The position numbers and the translations under genes were made by a program. Source: Chrysochromulina tobinii (lineage: Eukaryota). Taken from it: 50,060 nucleotides of DNA. The notes below the pieces were generated by a model, which was not told where the DNA came from, did not search any database, and worked only from the letters and a program-made list of their open reading frames with translations. Shown piece by piece: positions 1 through 11,228 of this stretch. The stretch's first letter is position 1, and each line of letters opens with the position of its first letter. Location of the stretch: the NCBI GenBank assembly GCA_001275005.1, contig JWZX01003125.1, positions 1 through 50,060 on the forward strand, written 5' to 3'.

Positions 1-1312
1 TAACCTCAATAGGGGTCGCGTCCGCGCCGCTGCTCAGCGCGAAGACCTTGGGCTGCAGCTTATCGAGGTGCACCCGTAGCGCGGGGTACGCCGTCAACCT
101 CTTGATCAGCTCCCTGCTCAACGAGTCCTCGCAGCAGCACCTGCGTGTGTGGGACAGTGTGGGGCAGTCGCGTGCGAGGGGGATCACGTCTCGGTGGTGC
201 CAAAATAGGAGTGTGGGCAGCGCTCACCATCCGCGAGAAAAGTACGGCGTCTCGTTGTAAAGCGTGTCGAGCCCCGCGCAGAGGCCGGGCGGTGCACCCG
301 CGTCCTTGGCCGCGACGGCAGACTCGTGCAAGGCGAAGCGCACGCGCACGATGGCGGGGCTGCGGCTGAGGTCGCAGCTCTCAATGGTTCCGAACCGGAT
401 GAGCGCTGCGCGTACCACGCTCTCGTCTGCGTTTGATTTCAGCTCGAACAAGCAGACAACCCCATCAAAATCGGCTGGCCGGGGTGGGATCTCCTCAATC
501 TGGAGCACGGTCGTTGCAAGGATCGACGCGTAAAGCTGATTCATCGCTCCTCCCTTGAGTGCGATCTCAAAGAACTCCTTCTGCTCCGCTGTCCTTGGGG
601 CCTGATACAAGGATCCAAAGTCCCAGAACAAGGCTTCAATTGCCAGCCTTGCCAGAGCGCGTCGAAGCACGCGGATGCGCGACCCGGCCGGATCTGGATC
701 GCCTGACATGAGCCAGCCATAGGTAAGCGCGCCGATGCTCCGGTCTCCACGGCGAACGAGCGCTGCGGCCGCTTCACGGCTCAGCAGCGGCGAAGGCGAG
801 GCCCCGCTCTTTTCCAATGCCTCGAGCTCCTGGCGGTTGGGCATCTTGAAATTATCCGGCTGCTTCAGCAGCCACTTGACGCAAAGCAACCGAATCGCTC
901 CACGCATGAGGACTTGTATGACGATCTGGTCGAGCTCTGCGAGCGCCCGATGCAGCTTTGGCGGCAGCGGTGTACAGACTTGCGGAGAAATCTGCTCGGA
1001 CTGTGCGTCCATGGCCTCGGTGGACCGCACAGCGTCGTCGTCGTCGTCGTTGATGTCGTCGAGGTTGGTGTCGTCCCCGTCCTCCAAGGCTCCCTCTGAG
1101 ACAGCGTCCAACGCAGGCTTCCCCTTTTTCTTGACGTTGACGCGGCTGGATTTCTCCTTCTTGCTCGGACTGTTGCCGTGATGGCTCGGGGTGGTGCCGC
1201 GATGGCTCGGGGTCCCGCCGCGATGGCTCGGGGTCTCGCGGCGGTGCGAGCTACTGCCTAATGCTGGCAGTTTGCCCTTGTCCTTCTTGCCCGTGTCCTT
1301 CTTTGGAGCCAT
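1..1312 (-). CDS. HET/TIR-like domain protein with an inserted RRM-like segment; 3' end runs off the window; intron 141-227
   Basis: ORF 224..1540, likely start MAPKKD at 1312. Motifs LTYGW..DPDP.G, LFWDFGSLYQ, MNQLY and Y.SRGW. Removing GTGAGC...ACGCAG (227-141) restores RGW-CCCE and an open frame to base 1. Confidence 0.6.
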
Positions 1313-1598
1313 GAATTCGGTTATCACCAAACCCTTTCGAAGCCGCGGCGGCTTGATGATCCGCTTGGTGAGCAGCGAGGTTGGCACGCACGCACGCCTT
1401 GAAGGCAGCCGCACACGTCGCGGCCGACCTTTTCGGAGAAACAAATTGGAAAGAACTTTGCCTGCCGACAAATCAAGTTTGGATAGTGAACATGTACCGG
1501 TAGCCTCATTCTCGAGAAGGCGGCAACTCACACTGTTCATAAAAGGTCGTATTCATACCTCGATTCATACTTGAGAATCTGTCATTTCAGAATTTGCA

Positions 1599-2123
1599 AT
1601 GACCTTGTTTTCCTTGACTCGATCGCTGCGTGGTCGGTGGTTTAGCACGCGTCAAACAATAGGTCTGGGATACGTCAGGGAAGTTTCGGACGTCTCTCGG
1701 ACTCACCTCGTGAGAGAGCTGCTCGCATCCGTCGACCATCCCCAGAGGCACATTCCAGGAGTCGAGAACGTCATCGTGCAGCCGGCTACTGGGACGGCGG
1801 GCGACGACGGAGCCCTTTGGAGGCGCATGACTCTCAACGGTAAGTGCATCACTGAGCATATTTACTGCAACCCCGCAGCGGGTTTGGTGCGACGGGTGGC
1901 GTTGGAGAAGGATGGACATGAAGGCGAGCTCGAGATCATCAGCGCGGTACTGATGAAGCCGCTTCGCCTTGAGATGTATCAACGTCATCGTGACACGCTC
2001 GAGAGAGCAGACTGGCCGATCTCGGTGCAGCTCGCCGAGATTGCCTTTGAGCAAGTAGTGTCGCTGGCACGAGCCAAGCAGGCGCAAGACACGGATGCAT
2101 GCTTCCATGGCTCGAAAGCCTGA
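1599..2123 (+). CDS. DUF1857/AtaL-like START (SRPBCC) fold protein
   Basis: 174 aa ORF with LLASVDHPQRHIPGV...LWRRMTLNG..ITEHI, recalled as resembling DUF1857. Confidence 0.6.
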   Translation: MTLFSLTRSLRGRWFSTRQTIGLGYVREVSDVSRTHLVRELLASVDHPQRHIPGVENVIVQPATGTAGDDGALWRRMTLNGKCITEHIYCNPAAGLVRRVALEKDGHEGELEIISAVLMKPLRLEMYQRHRDTLERADWPISVQLAEIAFEQVVSLARAKQAQDTDACFHGSKA

Positions 2124-3271
2124 GGTTAGCCATGAGCCTGCCCTCGGACATGGCCAGCGCGTGTTGCTATATGATGCGTGCTGCCTCCAGCAACCAATTC
2201 ATTGCAGGCAGACATGCGGATCGCAGCCCGCTTGCCCGACTCCAGTTATTCACCCGCGAGATTGTTCGCGATTTTCCGCCGTGTGCCTCAATGGGCGACA
2301 GGGCGAGCGTGCCCACAGGTCGACCATACACGACGGCCGTCGCCGCGCCGCGCGTTCATGCGACGTTTCTGCCTTGACCCGGGGCCTTACGGCTGTACTA
2401 AGGGTTATCTCCGCAACAATACGGTTCTCTATTGTACACATACACAACATACACGATGTGCAGTGTGCACCGACCGCGAGTCCGCGACCCGCCCGACCGC
2501 TCTGGACGTCCCTGCGACATGCGCCCTGCGACCACAGCACCACACGAGGGGGGCGCGGCGCCGGGCGCGCCCACGGCGCAGGGGCGCCAGGGCGGGTGAC
2601 AGGGCGGGCTCGGGACGCGACGACTAGAACCGACAATCGTATCGAATCGAACATGTCTTCCCCGTCACGCGTCAGCCGACGGCCGCGGCCGCGCACGCAC
2701 GAACACACGCCCGCCCGCAAAGCGCGCGACGCGGCGGTCGACGCGACGAATCGGCGCGGCGATTACGATTTACGTATGTGGAATGTGGCCGCGCGTGCTC
2801 GACATGCACATCCGACGTCGACGACGCATGCGCGCGAGAGCCGACAGCTAAGCACAGCCAGACACACGACACTACCTCACGACACGCGAGTGGACGTTAC
2901 CCCACCCCAGTGCATGCATGTATCTACACGCACCTCACGCACGCAAACACACCCGCCGCCAGGCGCCAGCACAGAGCGGACACCGGCAGGCACGGGCTTT
3001 TGCGCTTTTCTCGGAGCTACAGCGCACTTCTGCGCGAAGGTCAATGCAGCGCAGAGAGTACTGCAGGGCAACGCGGCAGCATGCCGCCGCCCGCCACGCC
3101 CACTCGGCGCTCAGTGACGCCCACCCCTTTCCCCGCCCTCAGCATTGTTTTTCCGAACTTTCGTCTCCCCCCCCACTAGAGCTCTACACAGTTGCCCCGG
3201 CTTGCCCGCCTCGTACGAACCCCCCTGCCGAACCTGCTGCCGCCGGCCTCGCCGCCGCCGCCGCCGCCTTG

Positions 3272-5956
3272 CTAGCCGTACTGAGGCTGTGGCGCGTACT
3301 GAGGCTGCTGACTGTACTGAGGCTGCTGACCGTACTGAGGCTGCTGACTGTACTGAGGGTAGTATTGCGCCTGAGGGTAGTATTGCGACTCGGCACGCGC
3401 GCCGGCGCCACCACCCATCTGCGGCGAATAGCCTCCTGACGTGCCGCCTGCTGCTTGTACCATTCCCCCCACACCCAACTGGTTGTACGGGATGCCGTAG
3501 TCGGGGCCGCCCATGCTCATGCTGTTCGGCGCGTACAGGCAGCCGGCTTTGGCGTTGTGCATACCGGCCATAAAGCCGCCCTGCATGGCGCCGTACATGG
3601 CACCGCCCATGCCGCCGCCCATGCCGCCGCCCATGCCGCCGCCCATGCCGCCGCCCATGCCGCCGCCCACGCCGCCGCCCATGCCGCCGCCCATGCCGCC
3701 GAACCCGGCCGAGTTGTGGCGGTACTGGCGCACCTGCGCATTCTGCCGGAAGTCGCGCCCGCCGAACTTGGAGCCGCGGCTGCCACCATAGCCCCTAAAC
3801 GGCGCGCCACCCTCGGCAGCCAGCTGAAGCAGCCAGTCAGGGCACTCTTGATTCGCCTCCTGTAGCAGCGTGACGAGCTCCCGCGCTACCGGCTTGTTCG
3901 CATAGGAGAAGAGTGACGTGGCAGTGCCATGGCGGCCCATGCGCCCCGTGCGCCCAATGCGGTGTACGTATGAGGTGATCTCGCGCGGCAGCTCGTAATT
4001 GATCACATGCATGCACTCGGGCACATCCAGACCGCGCGCGGCCACGTCGGTCGCGACGAGCACCGACGGGCTGCCTCGCCGGAAGGCCAAGAGCGCCTGC
4101 TCGCGCTCACGCTGGGATCGGTCGCCGTGGATGGAGGTGGCGGGCACGGAGGAGCGATGTAGGAATTCCTCGAGCTGCTCGGCCGCGCGCTTGGTCTCGA
4201 CAAAGATAATGGTGCGCCCGGTGCAGGCGGCCAGCTGCTCGAGGAGCACGCGCCGCTTGTCCTGCTCCTCTGCCCATACGACCGTCTGCGTGATCAGCGC
4301 CGTCGTGGAGCCCACGCGCCCGACGGCCACAAAGATGTAGCGCGTCATGAACTCCGACGCGAGCCGTTGGATCTCTTTCGGAAAGGTGGCCGAGAACATG
4401 AGCGTCTGGCGCTGGCCCGCGGGCGGCATGCCCTCCCGCTCGACCACGCGCCGAATCTGCGGTTCGAAGCCCATGTCGAGCATCCGATCAGCCTCGTCCA
4501 AGATGAGATGGTGCACCCGATGCAGCGACACCTTGCCTCGCTCGACCAGGTCGCACAGCCGGCCGGGGGTGGCCACAAGCAGATGGCAGCCGCGGTCGAG
4601 CTGGTTCATCTGCTGGCGGATGTCGGCGCCGCCGTACACGACGTAGGCGTGGATGGGCGTGCGCTGCGCAAACTTGCGCGTCTCGGTCATGATCTGGTTC
4701 GCAAGCTCGCGCGTAGGTGCAAGGATGAGCGCGCGAGGCTCGGCGCGTCCCTGGGAGACGCCCGGGTCGGGCTGCGCGTCGAGCGCGTGCAGCATCTGGT
4801 GCAGGGTGGGGAAGAGGAAGGCGCCCGTCTTGCCGGAGCCCGTCTGCGCGCAAGCCATGAGGTCACGCCGCGCGATGCCCACCGGTAATGAGTGCCTCTG
4901 CACCGGCGTCGGTTTGGTGAACCTTGCTTGCTGGATGTTGGCCATGAGCGACGGGTGGAGCGCGATCTCGCCGAACTGCTCAATGGGCGGAGGGCAGTCC
5001 TCGCCCGACGCCTCCACGGGGATGTCGTCGTACGCCTCCATGTCTACCGGCGCGTGTGGCTCCTTTGGTTGAAACGGCTTCGCGCCGCCGCCAGTGGCAC
5101 CGCCAGTGGCGCCACCAGTGGCGCCATTGCCGCGCTTGGTACCGCCGACGCCCGACGCGCCGGCGCCGGCCGCGGCCGCGCCATCCGACGCGCCGCCGGC
5201 TGCGGCTGCGTTGCCATTGCCACCGCCTCCAGCAGCAGACCCGGCGCCGGCGCCGGCGCTGTTGGGCGCTGTGTTGGGCTTGCCGCCGTGGCCGCCCTTG
5301 CCGCCCTTGCCGCTGACGAAACGAGGCTCGTCGGCCGCTACGTTGACGCTCATCTGCTCGAAGAGCCCTGGCATCTGCGCCGCCTGCGCTGCCAGGTTTT
5401 GAGGCCCCGCACCCGGCACGGTGACGCCGTCGTAAAAGGGCGATGACCAATCGCGACCGTTGGTGACCCGCCACGAGCCCTCTGCCACGTGGCCGTCCGA
5501 GACGACCTGCAGACCGGGTACAAAGGTCTTGAGCGACATGTTGATGCCTTTGAGCGTCTGGTGTGTGCGCCAGCCGCCCGAGGAGAGGCTCACGTCGCCG
5601 TTGGCGCGAATCGTCACGATGTTGGTCTGATGCAGCCGCACGACCGAATCGCCACCCTCGGAGAAGACCTGCGTGTGCTGGTGGCTGCGCTGGTGCGCGG
5701 CCATCGCGCCGCCGCCCGCGCCGTTGCCATCGTTGCTGACTCCCGGCGCCATTTCCGACGGGTCGAATCCAAAGCCGTCCTGAGGACCCATCACGTCGCC
5801 GGATGCACCATCGGACGCGACATCTGGCGGCATGCCCGCTGGCAGCGGCGGCGGCGGCGATGGCATGCTCGCTTGCTCGTCGGACAGCGGCGGCGGCATC
5901 GCGCCGGTAGAGGCGTTGGCAGGCGGCTTCGCGTCCACTCCGTTGGTCTGCGGCAT
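3272..5956 (-). CDS. DDX3: DEAD-box RNA helicase, DDX3/Ded1 subfamily, with an extra N-terminal domain and a Gly/Met, Gln/Tyr low-complexity tail
   Basis: YDDIPVE, PTPVQ, AQTGSGKT, PTRELA, LDEADRMLDMGFEPQIR, RQTLMFSATFPKEIQ.LA, VGRVGST, YVHRIGRTGR, FGGRDFR. Confidence 0.92.
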   Translation of the reverse strand: MPQTNGVDAKPPANASTGAMPPPLSDEQASMPSPPPPLPAGMPPDVASDGASGDVMGPQDGFGFDPSEMAPGVSNDGNGAGGGAMAAHQRSHQHTQVFSEGGDSVVRLHQTNIVTIRANGDVSLSSGGWRTHQTLKGINMSLKTFVPGLQVVSDGHVAEGSWRVTNGRDWSSPFYDGVTVPGAGPQNLAAQAAQMPGLFEQMSVNVAADEPRFVSGKGGKGGHGGKPNTAPNSAGAGAGSAAGGGGNGNAAAAGGASDGAAAAGAGASGVGGTKRGNGATGGATGGATGGGAKPFQPKEPHAPVDMEAYDDIPVEASGEDCPPPIEQFGEIALHPSLMANIQQARFTKPTPVQRHSLPVGIARRDLMACAQTGSGKTGAFLFPTLHQMLHALDAQPDPGVSQGRAEPRALILAPTRELANQIMTETRKFAQRTPIHAYVVYGGADIRQQMNQLDRGCHLLVATPGRLCDLVERGKVSLHRVHHLILDEADRMLDMGFEPQIRRVVEREGMPPAGQRQTLMFSATFPKEIQRLASEFMTRYIFVAVGRVGSTTALITQTVVWAEEQDKRRVLLEQLAACTGRTIIFVETKRAAEQLEEFLHRSSVPATSIHGDRSQREREQALLAFRRGSPSVLVATDVAARGLDVPECMHVINYELPREITSYVHRIGRTGRMGRHGTATSLFSYANKPVARELVTLLQEANQECPDWLLQLAAEGGAPFRGYGGSRGSKFGGRDFRQNAQVRQYRHNSAGFGGMGGGMGGGVGGGMGGGMGGGMGGGMGGGMGGAMYGAMQGGFMAGMHNAKAGCLYAPNSMSMGGPDYGIPYNQLGVGGMVQAAGGTSGGYSPQMGGGAGARAESQYYPQAQYYPQYSQQPQYGQQPQYSQQPQYAPQPQYG
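3605..3700 (-). repeat. Coding 12-bp tandem repeat (GGGM)n in the DDX3 tail
   Basis: (GCCCATGCCGCC)n directly visible on the plus strand. Confidence 0.9.
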
Positions 5957-6591
5957 ATGCGGCAGGGGAGGTCAGAGGCTGGAGATGCTGGAGATCAGGT
6001 CCGTGCTGCTCGTGGCGGCGTGCTGCTCAGCGCAGCATGCAGTGGCAGGCCACCGTCTTGGCCGGCGAGGCGCGTGCAGCGATTTCACCGCACCTGAAGC
6101 ACAGCCAACGTTTCCTCACCTTGCATCTCCATGAGCTGCACGAGCTGCACCAACTCCCGGGGGATACAACGAGCTTTTTCCCTGCGAATCATGAGCAGCC
6201 AGGAGCAGGTCAGACACTGGCGCGCGAGCACCCAACCAGCGAGCTGGGTGGAGTGGGGACACGTGTAGGTCGTGTACTGGCCAGGCAGGCCGAGGACGGC
6301 CGGGTGCGAGCGAGCGCGCCGTCACACCGAGCGCGCGGATGGATTGCAGCCTCTGAGCGAGAGGAAGCGCGATCGCGTTCACAGAAAGTGTGTGTGAGAA
6401 CGTCGCATACGAGGATTTTGCATACACGTGTCACTCGGAATACATCTCAAAGAGTACAGTAATAGGGACTATAATCATCGTGTACTAGATCTAAAAGAAA
6501 TGAGCACATGGTTTGCGGATCCTGCGGGCACGTCGCCTCCTCCAAGCCCCCTGCCTCCATCTAGGGTCCTCACCGCACATTCTTGCATCGT

Positions 6592-8387
6592 CTAGGCAGA
6601 GCGCTTGCGGGGTTTAGCGAGACAGCTGACGGCGCCCGAACCCCAAATAGCGCCGCCGCGCCACGAGTCAGTTGCGTCGATGAAGGAGACCGTCTGCTTC
6701 TTCTCTTTAAACTCCTTGAGGGCCGCGGCCTTCTTCTCCTCCTCGGCCAGCTCCGCCACCACCCTCTCATCCTCCTCCGCCCTCTCGGCCACCCTCCTCT
6801 GCTCCCTCTCCTTCTCCGCCCGCACCCTAGCCTTGGCCGCCGCCTCCTCGGCCATCTTGTCCGCCAGCACCCTCTTCGCCGCTAGCGCAGCTTCCGCCCG
6901 CTCGGCCGCTCGCTGCTCATCGGCTGCCTGTATGGCCGCCGCCCTGTCGGCCGCCGCCTTCTGCGCGGCCTCCGCATCGGTCTTCGCCCTCCTCTCCGCA
7001 GCCTTGGCCGCAATCACCCTCGCTAGGGCTACTCGGCGGGCTGCCGCGATCTCGGCCGCGGCCGCGTCGGCCACAGCCTGTTCGGCCACTGCGGCCTCGG
7101 TCGCAGCAGTCTCTGCCGCGGCCGTGGCGGCCGTTGCTCGTTCCGTGTCAGTCAGAGGCGCGACGCTCCTCCTCGGCCTTCTCCGCCGCCACGCGCGCCA
7201 GCTCCGTCTTAATGCTCGCCAGCCGCTCCGCCCCCGCCTTCAGTGCCGCGAGCTTTTGCAGCTGCGCCTTCTCCGCAGCGAGTCGCTCTATCTGGGTCTT
7301 CAACTTCGCCATACGCTCCGCCTCAGCCTTGGCGGCGGCAGCGCGCTCCGCTTCGGCCCTTCGCGCGAGGACGCGCAAACTCTCCGCCTCCTCCGCCGCC
7401 AGCCGTGCCTCCTCCGCCTCCTCCGCCGCCACGCGCGCCGCCTCTGCCGCCGCCGCCTCAAACTCGGCTTTCGCCCTCATCGCCTCCTCCTCCGCCGCCT
7501 TCTGCCTCGCGATGCTCTCCGAGAGCTCCTTCTCTCTCGCTTCCTCCTCGGCGAGCCACGCGCGCGCCTCCTCGAGCCCGTCCGCTTCAATGTCGTCAAT
7601 CGTGCCCTTCGCAACCGTTGAGTACCAGCGACGTGCCTGCTTCATGTCCCTCGGATAGCCGTCGAAGCCCAGCGCGTAGTACTTGCCAAGGTTGAGGCGT
7701 GCGTTTTGGCTGCCGAGGATGGCGGCCTCCGCCATGAGCACGAGCCCGTGCACGCGGTCCTGCTTGACGCCCTGCCCGTTGAGGAAGCACAGACCGAGCG
7801 CCGCGGTGCCACCCGCGTACCCGGCATCGTGGCTCTGCTCGATCCACTTGAACGCCTTGTCGAATTCGCGCTTCGTGGCGTAGTGGTGCCCCCAACGCGT
7901 GCATCGCCCAGCCGTCGCCACCTTCCGCCTGCCGGCGCAGCGATGCCACCTCTTTCTCCTCGGCCACCTTCTCCTTCAACGCCTCGAAGAACATGTCGAC
8001 AAACTCGCCCTCTTCCTCAGCTATCTTCTCCTGCAATACCTCGGCAAACGCCTCGTCGATGGCGGTGCGCTGGAAGTTCGTATCCTCGACGGGGTCCTGC
8101 CATGGACTCAGCGCTGGGTTCGCAATGGGCATGTGCTCTCCAACTTCGTGGCGCAGCAAGTCAACGTCGAGTCTGTCCGGAAACGCGAGGATCTCATTGC
8201 GCAGCTCGGTGAGCTCGGGACTCTCGTGACCCATGGCCAGCGACGAGGAGGCGAAGAAGCGGACGAGCGCCTTGTTGGCGTCGAGCAGGAGCTTCACCTC
8301 GCTCGGGAGCTTGGCCGTCTTGACCGACAGCGCCGACGCCTCGCTGGCGAGCACGAGGATGACCAGTGCGGCTACGAATCGGAGCAT
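6592..8387 (-). pseudogene. Signal-peptide Sel1-repeat and Ala/Glu-rich coiled-coil protein with two frameshifts (pseudogene or sequence error)
   Basis: Starts MLRFVAALVILVLASEASA. Sel1 repeats (GDGWAMHALG.HY...AFKW..., ALGLCFLNGQGVKQD, LGKYYALGFDGYPRDMKQARRWY). The frame breaks at the 5-C run 7889-7893 and at the GTCA tandem duplication 7147-7154; correcting both joins ORFs 7596..8420, 7148..7921 and 6592..7089. Confidence 0.65.
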
Positions 8388-8547
8388 CGATAGAAGATTG
8401 CACACAGATCGCTTCTCCAATTCCTTCTCCGCTGTGCAGGGAGACCTAATCTGCCGTACCGGTACAGTATCGGGTTTAAATCGGGTACCAAGTTTTTGTT
8501 GATTGGCCTGACGCCGTAACGGTACCGTCTCCGCCGTTCACGTTAAA

Positions 8548-8965
8548 TTGCCGTCTCGGCAAGACGCACAGCCACAGGTCCCGTGGAGACACAGCGTGGG
8601 GGGCGCAGAGTGCGGCGCGCGCACACAACCAGTCAACCACCCCGACGCGGTGGGGATGCTGTACGCGTGGCACGCCGAGACGCGCGCCGAGGGATGCATC
8701 GACCGCACGGTCTACGGCACGTCGCGCACGGCCACCACCTCCTTCTTCACGCACCACCTGCGCCTCATCTCGCTCGCCGCCGTGATCGGCGCGGCGCTCC
8801 CCGTCGCCATCTGGGCGAAAGCCAGGAAATCTCATCTCCTTAGCGGCGCCCCGCTTGCTGGCCTGTTGCCAGTAGTCATGTAAGCGCGCCCCCCCGGGGA
8901 CGCGCCTGCATGAGCGCCGCTGTAGTGTGTGGTCCTGTTTTCAATTCACACAGACACACACATTC
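8548..8965 (+). mobile_element. Probable 3' remnant of a non-LTR retrotransposon (CRE/RLE-type C-terminus) with a CA-rich tail
   Basis: Peptide DRTVYGTSRTATTSFFTHHLRLISLAAV resembles the end of restriction-like-endonuclease retroelement ORFs. It is followed by CACACAGACACACAC at about 8948-8962. Recalled similarity only. Confidence 0.35.
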
Positions 8966-9321
8966 GTCCCCTTCGACTTTGCTCGTAGGGTTTTCGTATG
9001 AAGGGTTCATGTACTCACGACATTTCGTATGAACGTTTTATTAGGTACGACCCGAACTTTGACGAAGGTCGACTTACGGGGTCATACTACCAGAAGTACC
9101 GGTATCCGGTAAAATCCGGTAAGTCCAGACCGCGGGCTCTCGTCTCTCCTGCACGGGTCTGCACTCTCCCTCGACCCGGAACCCTTGAGCGTCCGGCGTT
9201 CGGTGTTGCATAGGATACCTAACACGCCACCGTGCGAACTGCCACGCACTGAAGGCGTGAACGGTGCAGAGCCGCGGCTGAGCCTGCCCATTGCCAGGCT
9301 CTCGTCACAGAGACGTAGCGC

Positions 9322-10548
9322 ATGAGCTATCGCAGCTGCTTCAAGTCACGCACCCACGCTGGCTATTTACCAGGTCGCTGGAGGCAGGGCTCAATGAGCG
9401 ACGAGGGTGATGAGGGCTCGTATATCCTTCGTGACAGGTTGAGACACCGCATCGAGCTGAGTTCTAGGAATGCTGCAGATGTCTGCTACAACGCCCACAA
9501 TCTTCGTCAGAATCAAAAGCGGTTCGGACTGCCCTTGAAGCCTGCGATCAGCATGCCTGGCACTGGGCGTGGGCCGTATGAATGGGTGCCAGATCATTGC
9601 GATCTCGTGCGGTTCAACAAAGCAACTGGCTGCTCGCTGCTCAAAGAACGTAGCGTGCTATTTGTTGGCGACTCGGTCACCTTCCAACTGTTCCTATCTT
9701 TCGCATTGCTCCTCAACGCGAGCTTCCCCGCAAGGGCGTACGGCCATCGTTCTGAATTTGTAGTTGCCGCGACAGCGTGCGACGGCCTCCTGCACTTGGA
9801 TTGGCATCGTAATGATATGCTGATGTCTCACGTGGAGGCAAGTCGGTTGCTTGGCAGAAAGATTCGGTATGGGGAGCTTGCATACGCACCATTCATGCGA
9901 AAAGCTGTGGAGTCGGACATCGTGGTGCTTGGTGGCGGTCACCATTTTGACGGTGCTGATGGAACCCCATTGTACTCACTGGCCAATGACACGCGCTCAT
10001 GGAAAGAGCGCTGCATTCACAGCGCGCTAAGCAAGCTGATAGTGCTGCGGGCCATGCGCGGCTTGATGCCGGCTTCGGTCGTGCTCACATCGACTACTCG
10101 CGCGATCGTCAGGTGCACTCAATTCGATAAGCCGATCTCACCTTCATCGCTTGGAAGCACCATTATAGCTGAGCGCAACACGTCCACCACCAACAGGGTG
10201 GAAGACGCATCGGAATGGCGCTATGCGCGGCAATGGGCCGTTTGGGCGGCTTCAGTGCCTACAATACGAAAGATCGCCCGCATTAACAATGTATCCTTCC
10301 TCGACATCGACGCGATCGCCGCAACGCGTCCGGACATGCACTTGGGCCACTACAAGCGCTGGGAAGGATACCCGAGTGCCCTGCTTGCCGCGGCGGATGC
10401 CGATTGCGTCCACTACTGCCTTCCGGGCGTACCTGACACATGGTCGCGACTATTGTTCAACCTGCTAATTCACTCCCTGCCCCCAAATATGTCGCGCGCA
10501 CCACATCCGTCTCCCATTGGCTTGAAAATGTACAAACATGACTTTTGA
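9322..10548 (+). CDS. PC-esterase / trichome-birefringence-like (SGNH) polysaccharide O-acyltransferase or esterase
   Basis: VLFVGDS (GDS) and DCVHYCLPGVPDTW (DxxH) motifs, preceded by YEWVPDHC.L. Start codon uncertain (9322 or 9394). Confidence 0.85.
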   Translation: MSYRSCFKSRTHAGYLPGRWRQGSMSDEGDEGSYILRDRLRHRIELSSRNAADVCYNAHNLRQNQKRFGLPLKPAISMPGTGRGPYEWVPDHCDLVRFNKATGCSLLKERSVLFVGDSVTFQLFLSFALLLNASFPARAYGHRSEFVVAATACDGLLHLDWHRNDMLMSHVEASRLLGRKIRYGELAYAPFMRKAVESDIVVLGGGHHFDGADGTPLYSLANDTRSWKERCIHSALSKLIVLRAMRGLMPASVVLTSTTRAIVRCTQFDKPISPSSLGSTIIAERNTSTTNRVEDASEWRYARQWAVWAASVPTIRKIARINNVSFLDIDAIAATRPDMHLGHYKRWEGYPSALLAAADADCVHYCLPGVPDTWSRLLFNLLIHSLPPNMSRAPHPSPIGLKMYKHDF

Positions 10549-11228
10549 GGGCTTTGCAGTGGCACCTGCCCGGTTGGACGCAGCGCAGAGCCCGTACCAC
10601 GACAGATACGAGATATACATGCATATAGAGCGTACAGAGGCCAGTGTGCACAGTGCGTCCAGTGAGCAGTGTGAGCCTTACTACTGCTCAACGTGTACTC
10701 AACGTGAGTGTGGTCCCTCGAGTTGGTCCGCGGCAGCGCCGCAGCCGCGGGAGGAAGAACAAGAAGATCCGGGTTTGAAAGACATTACTCTTTTACTGTT
10801 TGATGCATTGATGCGATGCCCGAACATGCGCGTAAGGTACCGGCTTATAGTAAACCCGAACTTGAGCCCTGGCTCGGTCGAGCTGTCCGAACGAGCTGTC
10901 GAGAGGCTCCGTCAAGGCGCTGTCGAGGCGCTGTCGAGGGCGGCTGTCGAGGCCACCCTTGCCTGTTCGGAGAACCTCTGTTGTGGGCCTGTCAAGACCC
11001 TCCAGACTCGAGTTCCTCTGTCGAGTTCCTGTCGAGCCTGTCGAGGCTGAATCCATGGACCATGCGCCTAGCACGCGTCCAACCGCCACGATTAATAGTG
11101 ATGTAGCATTGCAAATGCGACGTACTTCGGCACACGCGGGCATTCGCACCACAACAACCCCGGGTTCTATAGCTTTGCATGTGAGGCACTCTGACTCTCA
11201 TAGCAGCGCCTAGAGGACCCACACAAAA

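Noticed and set aside
2095..3179. Long ORFs between DUF1857 and DDX3
   Set aside because: Arg/Ala/Pro-rich with no recognisable motif; expected by chance in high-GC DNA.
8986..9190. MITE bounded by AGGGTT/AACCCT
   Set aside because: The inverted match is only about 6 bp and no target duplication is evident.
10538..11213. 170-aa ORF and neighbours
   Set aside because: Partly built from short GCTGTCGAG repeats, with no recognisable family; left uncalled.
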